Of a DNA stretch of 64,000 bases, positions 1-12,923 are shown in pieces. The stretch comes from an uncultured Gemmatimonadales bacterium (GTDB lineage Bacteria > Gemmatimonadota > Gemmatimonadetes > Gemmatimonadales > Gemmatimonadaceae), in contig CAWKNZ010000002.1 of NCBI GenBank assembly GCA_963851265.1, positions 1,184,001 through 1,248,000 of the forward strand, given 5' to 3'. Every line of letters begins with the position of its first letter. The first letter of the stretch is position 1. The notes below the pieces were generated by a model that was not told where the DNA came from, searched no databases, and saw only the letters and a program-made list of their open reading frames with translations. The position numbers and the translations under genes are program-made.

Positions 1-264
1 GTCGAGCGCGGGCGCGGCATCGTCGCCGTGGTGGGCGCGGGGCTGACCGACGATCCGAGCGCGCTCGCGCGCGCCTTCGCCGCACTCGGGCCGGGCGTAC
101 GCGTCCACATGGCCACGGTCAGCGCGACCGGGATCAACCTCACGCTCGTCCTCGATTCGGACCACGTCGGGCCCGCGATGCACCGGCTGCACGATGCCTT
201 CTTCGAGACGCCGGTGAGCGCGCCCGCGAGTGCGCCGGCGACTGCGCCCGCGGTGGCCGCGTGA
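1..264 (+). CDS. lysC: Aspartate kinase, C-terminal ACT domain (partial, runs off the window start)
   Basis: Open frame from base 1: GIVAVVGAGL...SATGINLTLVLD..AMHRLHDAFF is a typical aspartokinase ACT2 end; stop overlaps the dapB start. Confidence 0.8.
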   Translation, partial: VERGRGIVAVVGAGLTDDPSALARAFAALGPGVRVHMATVSATGINLTLVLDSDHVGPAMHRLHDAFFETPVSAPASAPATAPAVAA

Positions 265-977
265 TCGGGGAAGGGCGGGTGCGCGCCGCCGTCATCGGAC
301 GCGGGCGGATGGGCCGTTCGATCGAGGCGCTCGCCGACGAGCACGGCGTGGAAGTCGTGGCGAGCCTCGGACGGGGCGATCCGGTCGGGCGCGAGACGTT
401 AGGCGGCGCCGCCGTGGCGATCGAATTCACCGAACCCGGTGCGGCACTCGCGAATCTGCGTGCCTGCGCCGCCGCGGGCTGTCCCGTCGTCGTCGGGACG
501 ACCGGCTGGGGCGCGCCGGACGCGGCATTGCGCGCGGAACTCGCGGCCGCGGGCGCGCGCGCACTCGTTGCCGCTAACTTCTCGCTGGGAGTCAACGCGT
601 TGCTCGCGGCGGTGGGCCCCATCGCCGCGGCGCTCACGCGCGCGGGGTTCGTGGACCACCTCGTCGAGACGCACCACGCCGCGAAAAAGGACGCGCCGTC
701 GGGTACGGCACTCGCCATCGCCGACGCGGTCCAGCGCGACGCGGCGCGGCCGCCGATCAGCAGCGTGCGCGTCGGCTTCGTCCCGGGCACGCACACGCTC
801 GTGTTCGACGCGCCGTACGAGCAGGTTCGTATCACGCACGAGGCGCGTGACCGGCGCGTCTTCGCGTCCGGCGCACTCGTCGCGGCGCGCTGGCTCGCGG
901 CGGGCCGGCCGCCGGGACTCTACACCATGCAGGACGTGATCGCGCCCGCGGCCGACGCGTCGGAGGCACCCCGATGA
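261..977 (+). CDS. dapB: 4-hydroxy-tetrahydrodipicolinate reductase
   Basis: GRGRMG NAD-binding motif, VVGTTG, ANFSLG, ETHHAAKKDAPSGTA, HEARDRRVFASGA. Confidence 0.95.
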   Translation: MIGEGRVRAAVIGRGRMGRSIEALADEHGVEVVASLGRGDPVGRETLGGAAVAIEFTEPGAALANLRACAAAGCPVVVGTTGWGAPDAALRAELAAAGARALVAANFSLGVNALLAAVGPIAAALTRAGFVDHLVETHHAAKKDAPSGTALAIADAVQRDAARPPISSVRVGFVPGTHTLVFDAPYEQVRITHEARDRRVFASGALVAARWLAAGRPPGLYTMQDVIAPAADASEAPR

Positions 978-1969
978 GCGACCCGACATCCGGACGGCCG
1001 ACCCCGGCCGTGCTCGACGCCACGCCGCACGCGCGTCCCGGCGCGCGGCTGCGCGGCTGCGGCACGGCCCTCGTCACTCCATTCACCCGGGACGGTGCGG
1101 TCGACGTCGCCGCGCTGCGGCGCCTCGTCGCGTGGCAGCTCGCCGAGGGCGTGCACTTCGTCGTGCCGTGCGGGTCGACGGGCGAGGCGGCGACGCTGAC
1201 CGCCGACGAGCACCGGCGCGTCGTCGAGATTGTCGTCGACGAAGTTGCCGGACGCGTGCCAGTGCTCGCGGGCGCGGGATCGAACGACACGCGCAAGGCG
1301 ATCGAGGTGTCGCACGCAATGCGCGACGCCGGCGCGACCCACCTGCTGCACGTCTCGCCGATGTACAGCAAGCCGCCCCAGCGCGGGATCGAGGCGCACT
1401 TCCGCGCGATCGCCGACGCGGTCGCGCTTCCGATCGTCCTCTACAACGTGCCGGGTCGCACGGCGAGCAACATGGAAGCGGCGACGACGCTCCGACTCGC
1501 CGAGGTCGAGAACATCGTCGCGATCAAGGAAGCGTCGGGCAACCTCGCGCAGGTCGACGCGATCCTCCGCGACCGCCCGGCCGACTTCACCGTGCTCTCC
1601 GGCGACGACGCGCTCACGCTGTCGATGATCGGACTCGGCGCCGAGGGAGTCATCTCGGTGGTGTCCAACGCCACGCCGCGCGCGATGGCACAGCTCTGCG
1701 ACATGGCCGCAACTGGCGAGGCGGACGCCGCGCTCGAGACCCACCGACGTCTCGCGCCCTGGATGGATGCGGCATTCGTCGAGTCGAACCCGATCCCGGT
1801 CAAGGCCGCGCTCGCCATGTTGGGCGTTTGCGGCGACGCGGTCCGCTTGCCGCTCGTTCCGCTCGCCGATGAGCACCGGGCGCCCGTCGAGCGCGCGCTC
1901 CGGGCGGCCGGTGCGTTCGAACACGCGCCGGCGCGGTCGGACGCCCGCGAGGTGCTCGCGAGTGTCTGA
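974..1969 (+). CDS. dapA: 4-hydroxy-tetrahydrodipicolinate synthase
   Basis: TALVTPF, GSTGE, LYNVPGRT, IKEASG, ESNPIPVK. Confidence 0.97.
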   Translation: MSDPTSGRPTPAVLDATPHARPGARLRGCGTALVTPFTRDGAVDVAALRRLVAWQLAEGVHFVVPCGSTGEAATLTADEHRRVVEIVVDEVAGRVPVLAGAGSNDTRKAIEVSHAMRDAGATHLLHVSPMYSKPPQRGIEAHFRAIADAVALPIVLYNVPGRTASNMEAATTLRLAEVENIVAIKEASGNLAQVDAILRDRPADFTVLSGDDALTLSMIGLGAEGVISVVSNATPRAMAQLCDMAATGEADAALETHRRLAPWMDAAFVESNPIPVKAALAMLGVCGDAVRLPLVPLADEHRAPVERALRAAGAFEHAPARSDAREVLASV

Positions 1970-2825
1970 CGCGCACACCGAGCTCGAAGCACGCGTGCTC
2001 GCGTCAGCAAACACGCCGCCGGCGGAACCGCTGCCCGGCGACGCCGGCGAGACGGTCGAACAGCTGCTCGCCGCTCTCGAGGCGGGCGGCCTGCGTGCCG
2101 CCGAGCAGGACGCGGACGGAACGTGGCGCGCCGTGCCCTGGGTGAAGCGCGGCATCCTGCTCGCGTTCCGTCTCGGCCGCGTCGTCGACATGTCGCCGGC
2201 CACCGACGGCGGCCCGGGGTTCCGCTTTTACGATAAGAACACCGTTCCGCCGCGCGACATCGCGATCGACGCGGGCGTCCGCCTCGTTCCCGGCGGCTCC
2301 GCGGTGCGACGCGGCGCCTACCTCGCCGCGGGCGTCGTCTGCATGCCGCCGATGTACGTCAACGTCGGCGCATGGATCGGCGCCGGCACGATGGTCGACT
2401 CGCACGCCCTCGTCGGCTCCTGCGCGCAGATCGGCGCGCGCGTGCACCTGAGCGCCGCGGCGCAGATCGGCGGCGTGCTCGAGCCGGTGAACGCTGCGCC
2501 TGTGGTGATCGAGGACGACGTGCTCGTCGGCGGCAACTGCGGCGTTTACGAAGGCACGGTGGTCCGGCGCGGTGCCGTGCTCGCCGCGGGCGTCGTGCTC
2601 ACGCGCGGCACGCCCGTGTACGACCTCGTGCGCGAGACCGTCTACCGGGCGACCGCCGACGCGCCACTCGAGATCCCACAGGATGCCGTCGTCGTGCCCG
2701 GAGCGCGGCGCGTGCGCGGCGGCTGGGCCGAGGCCGAGGGGCTGATGCTGCAGACCCCCGTGGTCGTCAAGTACCGCGACGAGCGCACCCAGCTCGCGAC
2801 CGCGCTCGAACAGTGGCTGCGTTAG
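1962..2825 (+). CDS. dapD: Tetrahydrodipicolinate N-succinyltransferase
   Basis: WVKRGILLAFR, MPPMYVNVGA, GSCAQIG, IGGVLEP, hexapeptide repeats; GTG at 1962 overlaps the dapA end. Confidence 0.95.
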   Translation: MSDAHTELEARVLASANTPPAEPLPGDAGETVEQLLAALEAGGLRAAEQDADGTWRAVPWVKRGILLAFRLGRVVDMSPATDGGPGFRFYDKNTVPPRDIAIDAGVRLVPGGSAVRRGAYLAAGVVCMPPMYVNVGAWIGAGTMVDSHALVGSCAQIGARVHLSAAAQIGGVLEPVNAAPVVIEDDVLVGGNCGVYEGTVVRRGAVLAAGVVLTRGTPVYDLVRETVYRATADAPLEIPQDAVVVPGARRVRGGWAEAEGLMLQTPVVVKYRDERTQLATALEQWLR

Positions 2826-4100
2826 GCGCCGGGCGGACGACCGTGGCCGGCACGGTTCGCGTGCCCGGCGACAAGTCGATCAGCCACCGCGCGCTCATGT
2901 TCGCCGCCCTCGCGTCGGGCAACTCGCGCGTTCGCGGCCTCCAGGACGGCGCGGACGTTCGCGCGACGGCGGGCGCGTTGCGCGCGCTCGGCGCCGAGAT
3001 CGCGGACGACTCCGACGGCACGCTCGTGCGCGGCGGTGCGCTCCGGCCCGCGACGCAGGCGCTCGCGTGCGAGAACAGCGGCACCACCGCCCGACTGCTG
3101 GCCGGCGTCGCCGCTGCGCAGCCGTTCACCACGCGCTTCGTCGGCGACGCCTCCTTGTCTCGCCGCCCGATGGCGCGGGTGGCGGAGCCGCTACGCGCCA
3201 TGGGCGCGTCGCGTCGAGTTCGACGGCTCGCAGCCGCGACTGCCGATGACGGTCGCCGGGGGCTCGCTGACGAACATCGAGTGGACGATCGCGACGGCGA
3301 GCGCACAGGTGAAGAGCGCGATCCTCCTCGCGGGTCTGCTCGCGGGCGTCGAGGTCGTCGTGCGCGAGCCGCACCTTTCGCGCGACCACACCGAGCGCAT
3401 GCTCGCCGCGCGCGGGGGCCAGGTGTACGTGCGCGACGGCGCCGTCTGGCTGCCGCCCGGCCAGCACCTGGTGCCGCTCGACGTCACCGTCCCCGCCGAC
3501 CCGTCGTCCGCCGCGTTCTTCGCCGCGCTCGCCGCCCTCGCCGCGCGCGGCTCGCTCACGCTTCCTGGCGTCTGTCTCAACCCTACGCGTACCGGCTTCT
3601 TCGGCGTGCTCGCGCGGATGGGTGCGCAGCTCGAGTTCACCGACCGTGCGAACGACGGCGGCGAGCCGGTCGGCACGCTCATCGCGCACGCCGCGGCCGG
3701 GCTGCGCGGCGTCGAGGTCGACGCGGCGGAGGTGCCGTCGATGATCGATGAACTGCCGCTCCTCGCGTGCGTCGCCGCCTGCGCCGAGGGCGAGACCACC
3801 GTGCGCGGCGCGTCGGAGCTGCGCGTGAAGGAAAGCGACCGGATTGCGACCGTCGTCGCGAATCTTCGCGCGCTCGGGGTCGAAGCCGACGAGCTGCCCG
3901 ACGGCTTCGTCGTCCACGGTGGCGGGCCGCGCCGACTCGACGGCGCTGTCGCGGCGCACGGCGATCACCGGCTCGCCATGGCGTTTGGCGTCCTCGGCGC
4001 GCTCGACGGGAACGACGTGAGGGTCGACGATCCGGCGTGCGTCGAGGTGTCGTACCCGGCGTTCTGGCGCGATCTCGCCGGCGCGGTCGGCTCGGGATGA
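2813..4100 (+). CDS. aroA: EPSP synthase, split by a +1 frameshift near 3205-3212 (probable sequencing error)
   Basis: First frame: PGDKSISHRAL, ENSGTTARL, SLSRRPM. Second frame: ASAQVKSA, RDHTERML, LRVKESDR, DHRLAM. Start 2813 or 2843. Confidence 0.9.
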
Positions 4101-4819
4101 GCGCCGCGTCCGTTCACCGGCGACCGATCGTCGTCGCGATCGACGGCCCGGCCGCGAGCGGGAAGTCGTCGACCGCTCGATGGGTCGCCGAGCGATTGCG
4201 CTTTCATCACGTCGACTCCGGCGCCCTCTACCGTGCGGTGACCCTGCTCGCGCTCCGCGAGCACGGCGCGGCGGCCGAGCGGTGGACCGGCGATGCGCTG
4301 GTCGCCGAAGCGGCCCGCGTCGGGCTTCTTCCCGTGCCGGCCGGCTTCGACCCCGCGATCGACGGGGCGTCGGTGGCCGAGGCCGTCCGCGGGAGCGATG
4401 TCACGCGCCACGTTTCGGCCGTGGCGCAGATGCCGGCCGTTCGGTCTTGGGTCAACGAGCGCGTGCGCGCGGCCGCGACGGCTCACCCCGTCGTGGTCGA
4501 CGGCCGCGACATCGGGACGGTGGTGTTCCCAGACGCTGCGCTCAAGATCTTCCTGGTGGCGGACCCGTGGGAGCGCGCGCGGCGTCGCCTTCTTCAGCAG
4601 CACGGCCGCGCGCCCGATGAGGCGGAGATCGCGGCCGAGACCGACCGGCTGGTCCAGCGGGATGCGCTCGACGCGACACAGACGGTGCAGGCGCGTGACG
4701 CGATCCTGCTCGACACCACGTTTCTGACGCAATCCGAGCAGGTGGACCGGATCGTCGCCCTCGTCCAGGCGCTGCCCGCGGCCGGGCGCGCCGCCCCGGA
4801 GCCGAGCTCGAGCGTGTAA
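4097..4819 (+). CDS. cmk: Cytidylate kinase
   Basis: AIDGPAASGKSS P-loop, DSGALYRA, DGRDIGTVVFPDA. Confidence 0.96.
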   Translation: MSAASVHRRPIVVAIDGPAASGKSSTARWVAERLRFHHVDSGALYRAVTLLALREHGAAAERWTGDALVAEAARVGLLPVPAGFDPAIDGASVAEAVRGSDVTRHVSAVAQMPAVRSWVNERVRAAATAHPVVVDGRDIGTVVFPDAALKIFLVADPWERARRRLLQQHGRAPDEAEIAAETDRLVQRDALDATQTVQARDAILLDTTFLTQSEQVDRIVALVQALPAAGRAAPEPSSSV

Positions 4820-4855
4820 GTGTCGCTCGGGTACGCACTTCCGTGCGTCGCTGCG

Positions 4856-4884
4856 TTGACGCGCGAGAAGGGACGCGCTATGAT
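4856..4884 (+). promoter_or_regulatory. Sigma70-type promoter of rpsA
   Basis: TTGACG (4856-4861), 17 bp spacer, TATGAT (4879-4884) in the cmk-rpsA gap. Confidence 0.75.
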
Positions 4885-4987
4885 GCAAGGTTCGCGCTGC
4901 GTGACCGGCCTTCGGTCGTGGCGTCCCTTCCTTCATGACTCGACGCGGCGAGCCTAAAGACCCCGCGGTTCGGAGAGCAGCTTCGGT

Positions 4988-6811
4988 ATGACCGAGCTCG
5001 ACACCAACACCACCGAGGACGCGGCCATGTTCGCGTCCAACGGCTCCACGAACGGCTCCAACGGATTCGGCATGGGCAGCGGGCTCACGGCGCGCGAAAA
5101 GCGCGACCTGCAGCGCGCCCAACTGCGTCCGCTCGCGAACCGTCGCCCCGAGCTCTACGACGAGGACGAATACTCGTCGGACGAGTACGATGCGATGGTC
5201 GACATGTACAACGGCACGCTCGCGTCGATCGAAGAGGGCGAGATCGTCAAGTCGACGGTCCTCGAGATCCGCGACAACATGGTCGTCCTCGACATCGGCT
5301 TCAAATCCGAAGGGACGATCCCGCTCGAGGAGTTCAAGGACCTCCCCGACCTGAAGCCCGGCGATGAAGTCGAGGTGCTGCTCGAGCACCTCGAGGACAA
5401 CGAGGGCTCGGTGGTGCTGTCGAAGAAGAAGGCGGACTTCATGCGCGTGTGGGAGCGCATTCGGGTCGCCTACGAGACCGACCAGCCGGTGACCGGCACG
5501 CTGACCAAGAAGATCAAGGGCGGCGTCGTGGTCGACCTCATGGGCGTCGACGCGTTCCTCCCCGGCTCGCAGATCGCGCTGCGCCGCGTGCCGAACATCG
5601 ACGACCTGCTCGGCCAGACGTACGATTTCAAGATCATCAAGCTCAACAAGCGCCGCCGCAACATCGTGGTGAGCCGCCGCGTCATCCTCGAGCAGGAGCG
5701 GAGCGGCAAGCGCGAGAAGCTGATGAAGGAGCTGTCGAAGGATCAGATCCGGAAGGGCGTCGTCAAGAACATCACCGACTTCGGTGCGTTCATCGACCTC
5801 GGCGGGGTCGACGGCCTCCTCCACATCACGGACATGTCGTGGGGCCGCATCCAGCACCCGACCGAGATGGTGCAGATCGGCCAGGAGCTGGAGATCAAGG
5901 TCCTCGACATCGACTGGGATCGCGAGCGGATCTCGCTCGGCCTCAAGCAGCTCCAGTCGTATCCGTGGAAGGACGTGGCGGCCAAGTACCCGGTCGGCAC
6001 GCGTGTCCAGGGCCGCGTCGTCAGCATCACGAACTACGGCGCGTTCATCGAGCTCGAGCCCGGCATCGAGGGCCTGGTCCACATCTCCGAGATGAGCTGG
6101 ACGCGTAACGTCCGGCACCCGTCGAAGCTCGTCAGCATCGGCGAGAGCATCGAGGCGGTGGTGCTCAAGGTCGACCCGGACGAGGAGAAGATCTCGCTCG
6201 GGATGAAGCAGACCGAAACCGATCCGTGGACCGTGCTGCCGCTCAAGTACCCGGTCGGCACGCGCATCACCGGCAAGGTTCGCAACCTGACGTCGTTTGG
6301 CGCGTTCGTCGAGATCGAGCCCGGCATCGACGGCCTGATCCACATCTCCGACATGAGCTGGACCAAACGCGTCCAGCACCCGTCGGAGGTCGTGAAGAAG
6401 GGCGATACCGTCGACGTCGTGATCCTCAACATCGACAGCGAGAACAAGCGCATCTCGCTCGGCCTCAAGCAGGCCGAGGCGGATCCGTGGCTCACGATCG
6501 CGGAGACGCTCCCGGTCGGAACGGAACAGCGCTCGACTATCGTGCGTTTGATGGACAAGGGCGTCGTCGTCGACATGGGCGACAACCTCGAAGGCTTCGT
6601 CCCGCTCTCGCAGCTCAACATCACGGGCCGGATCGTGAGCAACCCGGCCGACGTCGCGTACGAGGGGATGTTCCTCGACACGCGCGTGATGGAGGTCGAT
6701 CCGATTCAGCGCCGCATCGTGCTCTCGGTGACCAACATCCCCGACGAGCAGCCGCCGCGCCCGGAGGCGCCGTCGGTCGTGCACTCGAGTGAAGAAGAAG
6801 GGATGCTATAA
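4988..6811 (+). CDS. rpsA: 30S ribosomal protein S1 (six S1 domains, N-terminal extension)
   Basis: DIGFKSEG, AFLPGSQI, repeated FGAFI/VE..G..GL.HIS.MSW. Confidence 0.98.
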   Translation: MTELDTNTTEDAAMFASNGSTNGSNGFGMGSGLTAREKRDLQRAQLRPLANRRPELYDEDEYSSDEYDAMVDMYNGTLASIEEGEIVKSTVLEIRDNMVVLDIGFKSEGTIPLEEFKDLPDLKPGDEVEVLLEHLEDNEGSVVLSKKKADFMRVWERIRVAYETDQPVTGTLTKKIKGGVVVDLMGVDAFLPGSQIALRRVPNIDDLLGQTYDFKIIKLNKRRRNIVVSRRVILEQERSGKREKLMKELSKDQIRKGVVKNITDFGAFIDLGGVDGLLHITDMSWGRIQHPTEMVQIGQELEIKVLDIDWDRERISLGLKQLQSYPWKDVAAKYPVGTRVQGRVVSITNYGAFIELEPGIEGLVHISEMSWTRNVRHPSKLVSIGESIEAVVLKVDPDEEKISLGMKQTETDPWTVLPLKYPVGTRITGKVRNLTSFGAFVEIEPGIDGLIHISDMSWTKRVQHPSEVVKKGDTVDVVILNIDSENKRISLGLKQAEADPWLTIAETLPVGTEQRSTIVRLMDKGVVVDMGDNLEGFVPLSQLNITGRIVSNPADVAYEGMFLDTRVMEVDPIQRRIVLSVTNIPDEQPPRPEAPSVVHSSEEEGML

Positions 6812-6937
6812 GGCGATTCGTCGCCCGTAGCACCACGCCGCCCGCGCCAGCCCCCGTGCTGTCGCGGGCGTCGTGCGTTCGACCACCCGCGCGCCGGCTA
6901 CCCGCCCCGGGAGCCCGCCGCTAGGTTGGCGCGCACG

Positions 6938-8490
6938 ATGTCCATGCGCGCGAAACTCGAAACGCTCGCCGCGCGCCGCGCGGCCTCCGAACTCGGCGGC
7001 GGCGCGGCCCGCCTCAAGGCCCAGCACGACAAGGGCAAGCTCTCCGCCCGCGAACGGCTCGACGTGCTGCTCGACGAGGGCACGTTCGTCGAGGTCGATC
7101 GTTTCGTCACCGCGCGCGCCGCGTCCGACGGCAACGGCGCCGACGGCCCCGTGTACGGCGACGGCGTGGTCACCGGCTCCGGCCGCATCGACGGGCGCCT
7201 CGTCTACGTGTTCTCGCAGGACTTCACCGTGTACGGCGGCTCGCTGGCCGAGGCCCACGCGCAGAAGATCTGCAAAATCATGGACCTCGCCGTGCGTAAC
7301 GGGGCCCCGGTCGTCGGCCTCAACGACTCGGGCGGCGCGCGCATCCAGGACGGCGTCGTCGCGTTAGGCGGGTACGCCGACATCTTCCTGCGCAACACGC
7401 TGGCGTCGGGAGTCGTGCCGCAAATCTCCGCCATCCTCGGCCCGTGCGCCGGCGGCGCGGTGTACTCGCCCGCGATCACCGACTTCATCTACATGGTGCG
7501 CGGCTCGAGCTACATGTTCGTGACCGGGCCGAACGTGGTGAAGACGGTCACGCACGAGGACGTGACGATGGAACAGCTCGGGGGCGCCGACACGCACGCG
7601 GCCACGTCGGGCGTCGCCCACTTCGCCCACGACTCCGAGCTCGCGTCGCTCGCGGCGATCCGCGAGCTGTTCCGGTACATCCCGAGCAACAATCTCGACG
7701 ACCCGCCGCGCGGGCGCGGCGCCGACCCGCGGGACCGCCGAGACGAAGCGCTGCTCGACGTCGTGCCCGACAATCCCAACCGCCCGTACGACATCCACGA
7801 CGTGATCCGCCGCGTGATCGACGACGGCGAGTTCTACGAGGTGCAGGCCGAGTACGCGGCGAACATCGTTTGCGGCTTCGCACACCTCGGCGCGCACTCC
7901 GTCGGGGTTGTCGCCAACCAGCCGGCGGTGCTCGCCGGCGTCCTCGATATCAACGCCTCGCTCAAGGCGGCGCGCTTCATCCGGTTCTGCGACGCGTTCA
8001 ACATCCCGATCGTCACCTTCGAGGACGTCCCCGGCTTCCTGCCCGGCGTCGCGCAGGAGCACGGCGGCATCATCAAGCACGGCGCGAAGCTGCTGTACGC
8101 CTACTGCGAGGCGACCGTGCCGAAGCTGACCGTCATCACGCGCAAGGCGTACGGCGGCGCGTACGACGTGATGAGTTCGAAGCACATCCGCGGTGACTTC
8201 AACGTCGCGTGGCCGACCGCCGAGATCGCGGTCATGGGGCCGAAGGGCGCGGTCGAGATCATCTACAAGCGCGAGATCGCCGAAGCCGACGACGCGGCTG
8301 CCGCGACCGACGCGCGCGTCGCCGAATACACCGAGCGGTTCGCCAATCCGTATGTCGCGGCCGCGCGCGGGTACGTCGACGACATCATCGACCCGCGCGA
8401 CACGCGCCCGCGACTCATCGAGGCGCTCGACGCGTTGCAGGGCAAGCGGGATCGCAACCCGGCCAAGAAGCACGGGAACCTGCCGCTCTG

Positions 8491-8491
<1 letters not shown>
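6938..8491 (+). CDS. pccB: Acyl-CoA (propionyl/methylmalonyl-CoA) carboxylase carboxyltransferase subunit
   Basis: [46 protein letters not shown]. Confidence 0.9.
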
Positions 8492-10037
<1,546 letters not shown>

Positions 10038-10041
<4 letters not shown>

Positions 10042-11405
10042 AGCGGGCTGGCGGTCAGCGGCGCGGGCATCCGCGCGGCCGCACGCGGCCGGTCGCGGCG
10101 GCACCGGGCGGCCCCGCCCGCGAACTGGAAGTCGACGCGATCGCCGCCGGTGGCGACGGCGTCGGGCGTCACGACGGACTCGTCGTATTCGTGCCGCGCA
10201 GCGCGCCCGGCGACATCGTGCGCGCGCGCTGGACGCCGTCCGGGCGCTTCGCACGGGGCGCGCTCGTCGACGTGGTGCGTCCATCCCCCGAACGCGTCGA
10301 GCCGGCGTGTGCGCACTACACCGACGATCGCTGCGGCGGCTGTCAGCTGCAGCACCTCGCGCTGTCGGCGCAGCACGCGGCCAAGCGCCGGCTCGTCGCC
10401 GACGCGCTCGCCCGTATCGGGCGACGCGACGTGGACGTCGCGCCCGTCGTCGCGAGCCCGCGGGCATGGCGGTACCGGCGCAAGCTCACGCTTGCGCTGC
10501 GCCGCGGCGTGGACGGCAGTTGGATCGCCGGACTACACCCGTATGACGCGCCAACGGCGGTTTTCCGACTCCGCGACTGTCCCATCACCGATGAGCGGGT
10601 CGTCGCCGTCTGGCGCGCCGTGCTCGCGACGGCCGCGCTGCTCCCGGGTGATGCCGCGGCGCTCCGTGGCGCCGTCCGGCTGCTCGATGACGCGTCGGTC
10701 CCCGATGGAGGGGCGAGCGCGACGTTCACGCTCGAGGGCGGAACACGCTGGGATCGCGCCGACGATTTCTTCGAGCGCGTTCCCGCGCTCGCGGGGCTCT
10801 GGTGGCGGCGCGAGGGCGGCGATAGACGGCTCCTGCACGCGCGCGGGCGGGCGGACGCCGGCGCGTCGTTCGCGCAGGTCAACGCGGGCGTCGCGCGCGT
10901 TCTGTACGCGGACGTGGTCGAGACGCTCCGGGATCTCCACCCGACGACGCTGGTCGACGCGTACGCGGGCACGGGCGACGTGGCACTCGCCCTCGCGCGT
11001 GAGGGCGTGCGCGTCACCGCGATCGAACTCGATCGCGACGCGGCCGCGCTCGCGGCGGAGCGTCTCGCGCCCTATGGTGGCCGCTCGATCCGGGCGAGTG
11101 TGGAACACGCGCTCGCCGGCGCGCTTCCGGCTTCCGCCGTGCTCGTGAATCCACCGCGCACCGGGCTCGACGCAGCGACGGCAGACACACTCGAACGCGC
11201 GGCGGGAGGCGCGTTCGGTCCGCCGCCCGAGGTGCTGCTGTACGTGAGCTGCAACCCGGCGACGCTCGCACGCGACCTCGCGCGCATGCCCTCGTACACG
11301 ATCCGGCGCGCGACGCCGTACGACATGTTCCCGCAAACCGCGCACGTCGAGACGCTCGTCGTGCTCGACCGCGCGGCGCGACCCATCACGGAGGAGTCGG
11401 CGTGA
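10038..11405 (+). CDS. rlmD: TrmA/RlmD-family RNA uracil-5 methyltransferase with TRAM domain
   Basis: TRAM N-terminus, C..CGGC..C Fe-S ligands, SFAQVN, DAYAGTG, NPPRTG, YVSCNPATLARD, DMFPQTAHVE. Confidence 0.85.
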
Positions 11406-11902
11406 AGTACGTGGTCGAAATCGACGGACACCGCACCGAGGTCGAGATCGTCGGCGACGAGGTCCGCATCGAAGGGGAGACGGTGCGCGCCGCGCTTACC
11501 GAGGTGCGCGGCACACCCGTGAGCGTGCTCGTGGTCGGCGACGCCGTGCACCGGGTCATCGCGCGGCGCGGCGCCTCGCGCGGGAGCTACGAACTGACCA
11601 TCGACGGACGGAGCTACGCGGCCGACGCCGTCGACGAGCGCACGCGCGCGATCCGCGACCTGTCGGCCGCGAGCGCTGCGGCGGTCGGGCCCGCGCCGCT
11701 GGTCGCGCCGATGCCCGGCCTCGTCGTACGGGTCGACGTATCGCCCGGCGACGTCGTCGCGAGCGGGCAGGCGCTCGTGGTGATGGAGGCGATGAAGATG
11801 GAGAACGAGTTGCGCGCGCCGAGCGGCGGAACCGTGAAGCGCGTCGCGGTCGCGCCCGGTACCGCGGTCGAAAAAGGGACGGTGCTGGTCGAGCTCGATT
11901 GA
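11402..11902 (+). CDS. Biotin carboxyl carrier protein (BT-like plus biotinyl domain)
   Basis: APMPGLV and EAMKMENE biotinylation motif. Confidence 0.93.
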   Translation: MKYVVEIDGHRTEVEIVGDEVRIEGETVRAALTEVRGTPVSVLVVGDAVHRVIARRGASRGSYELTIDGRSYAADAVDERTRAIRDLSAASAAAVGPAPLVAPMPGLVVRVDVSPGDVVASGQALVVMEAMKMENELRAPSGGTVKRVAVAPGTAVEKGTVLVELD

Positions 11903-11939
11903 GCGCGAGGCTCGCGGTCGAATCGGCGCTAGCCGTTCA

Positions 11940-11968
11940 TTGACAACGACTTACGTCCCCACTAGCAT
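11940..11968 (+). promoter_or_regulatory. Sigma70-type promoter of rplM-rpsI
   Basis: TTGACA (11940-11945), 17 bp spacer, TAGCAT (11963-11968). Confidence 0.75.
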
Positions 11969-12067
11969 CCGAGACTGCGCGAAAACGCCTTCTGCACGGA
12001 CCGGAGGGCGGCCGAGACCCGGGTTGCGATACGCACCGGTGAGGCGCCGTCGTCCCAGAGACAGCAC

Positions 12068-12529
12068 ATGCGTTCCACCTACACCGCGACGCCAGCGGAC
12101 ATTGAGCCGCGCTGGTACGTCGTGGACGCCGAGGGCATGGTCCTCGGGCGTCTCGCTTCGGAGGTCGCCAAGATCCTCCGCGGCAAGCACAAGCCGATGT
12201 TCACGCCCCACATGGACACCGGCGACTTCGTGATCGTTGTCAACGCGAGCAAGGTGCGCGTGACGGGCCGCAAGGCGGAGCAGAAGACGTACTTCAAGCA
12301 CACCGGCTACATGGGTCACGACCGGCAGATCCCGTTCGCGACCATGATCGCCAAGCACCCCGAGCGCGTCATCGAGAAGGCGGTGTTCGGGATGCTGCCG
12401 AAGTCGTCGCTCGCCAAGCAGGAGATCCGCCGCAAGCTGCGTGTCTACGCCGGGGCCGAGCACCCGCACGTGGCGCAGCAGGCGACGCCGCTCACGTTCG
12501 ACGCACTCACCACCGCGGGGGCGAAGTAA
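12068..12529 (+). CDS. rplM: 50S ribosomal protein L13
   Basis: [40 protein letters not shown]. Confidence 0.98.
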   Translation: MRSTYTATPADIEPRWYVVDAEGMVLGRLASEVAKILRGKHKPMFTPHMDTGDFVIVVNASKVRVTGRKAEQKTYFKHTGYMGHDRQIPFATMIAKHPERVIEKAVFGMLPKSSLAKQEIRRKLRVYAGAEHPHVAQQATPLTFDALTTAGAK

Positions 12530-12530
12530 G

Positions 12531-12923
12531 ATGGCCGAAGGAACTCTGCACGCGATCGGCCGCCGCAAGGAAGCGGTGTGCCGCGTGTACATGACGCCGG
12601 GTTCGGGCAAGTGGGAGATCAACGGTCGCCAACTCGGCGACTACTTCCCGCGCCCGGTGCTCGTCAGCTCCATCCAGCTGCCGTTCGTCGCGACCGAGAA
12701 CCTCGGCAAGTACGACGTCAAGGCCAACCTCGACGGCGGCGGCCAGGCGGGTCAGGCCGGGGCCCTTCGTCTGGCCATCGCCCGCGCGCTCGTGATGACG
12801 GACGAGACGTACCGCCCGAAGCTGCGCGAACTCGGTCTGCTCACGCGCGACGCGCGCGCGGTCGAGCGCAAGAAGCCCGGCCGTCCCAAGGCCCGTAAGC
12901 GCTTCCAGTTCTCCAAGCGCTAG
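12531..12923 (+). CDS. rpsI: 30S ribosomal protein S9
   Basis: GRRKEAV, GGGQAGQAGA, LLTRDAR.VERKKPG, QFSKR. Confidence 0.98.
   Translation: MAEGTLHAIGRRKEAVCRVYMTPGSGKWEINGRQLGDYFPRPVLVSSIQLPFVATENLGKYDVKANLDGGGQAGQAGALRLAIARALVMTDETYRPKLRELGLLTRDARAVERKKPGRPKARKRFQFSKR

Noticed and set aside
3965..6784. Very long antisense and alternate-frame ORFs (for example 3965-6784 minus, 52027-54804 plus, 60063-62555 minus, and the 5' part of 24360-27221)
   Set aside because: Shadow ORFs expected at high GC; Arg/Ala/Pro-rich with no motifs, and they overlap confidently identified genes.
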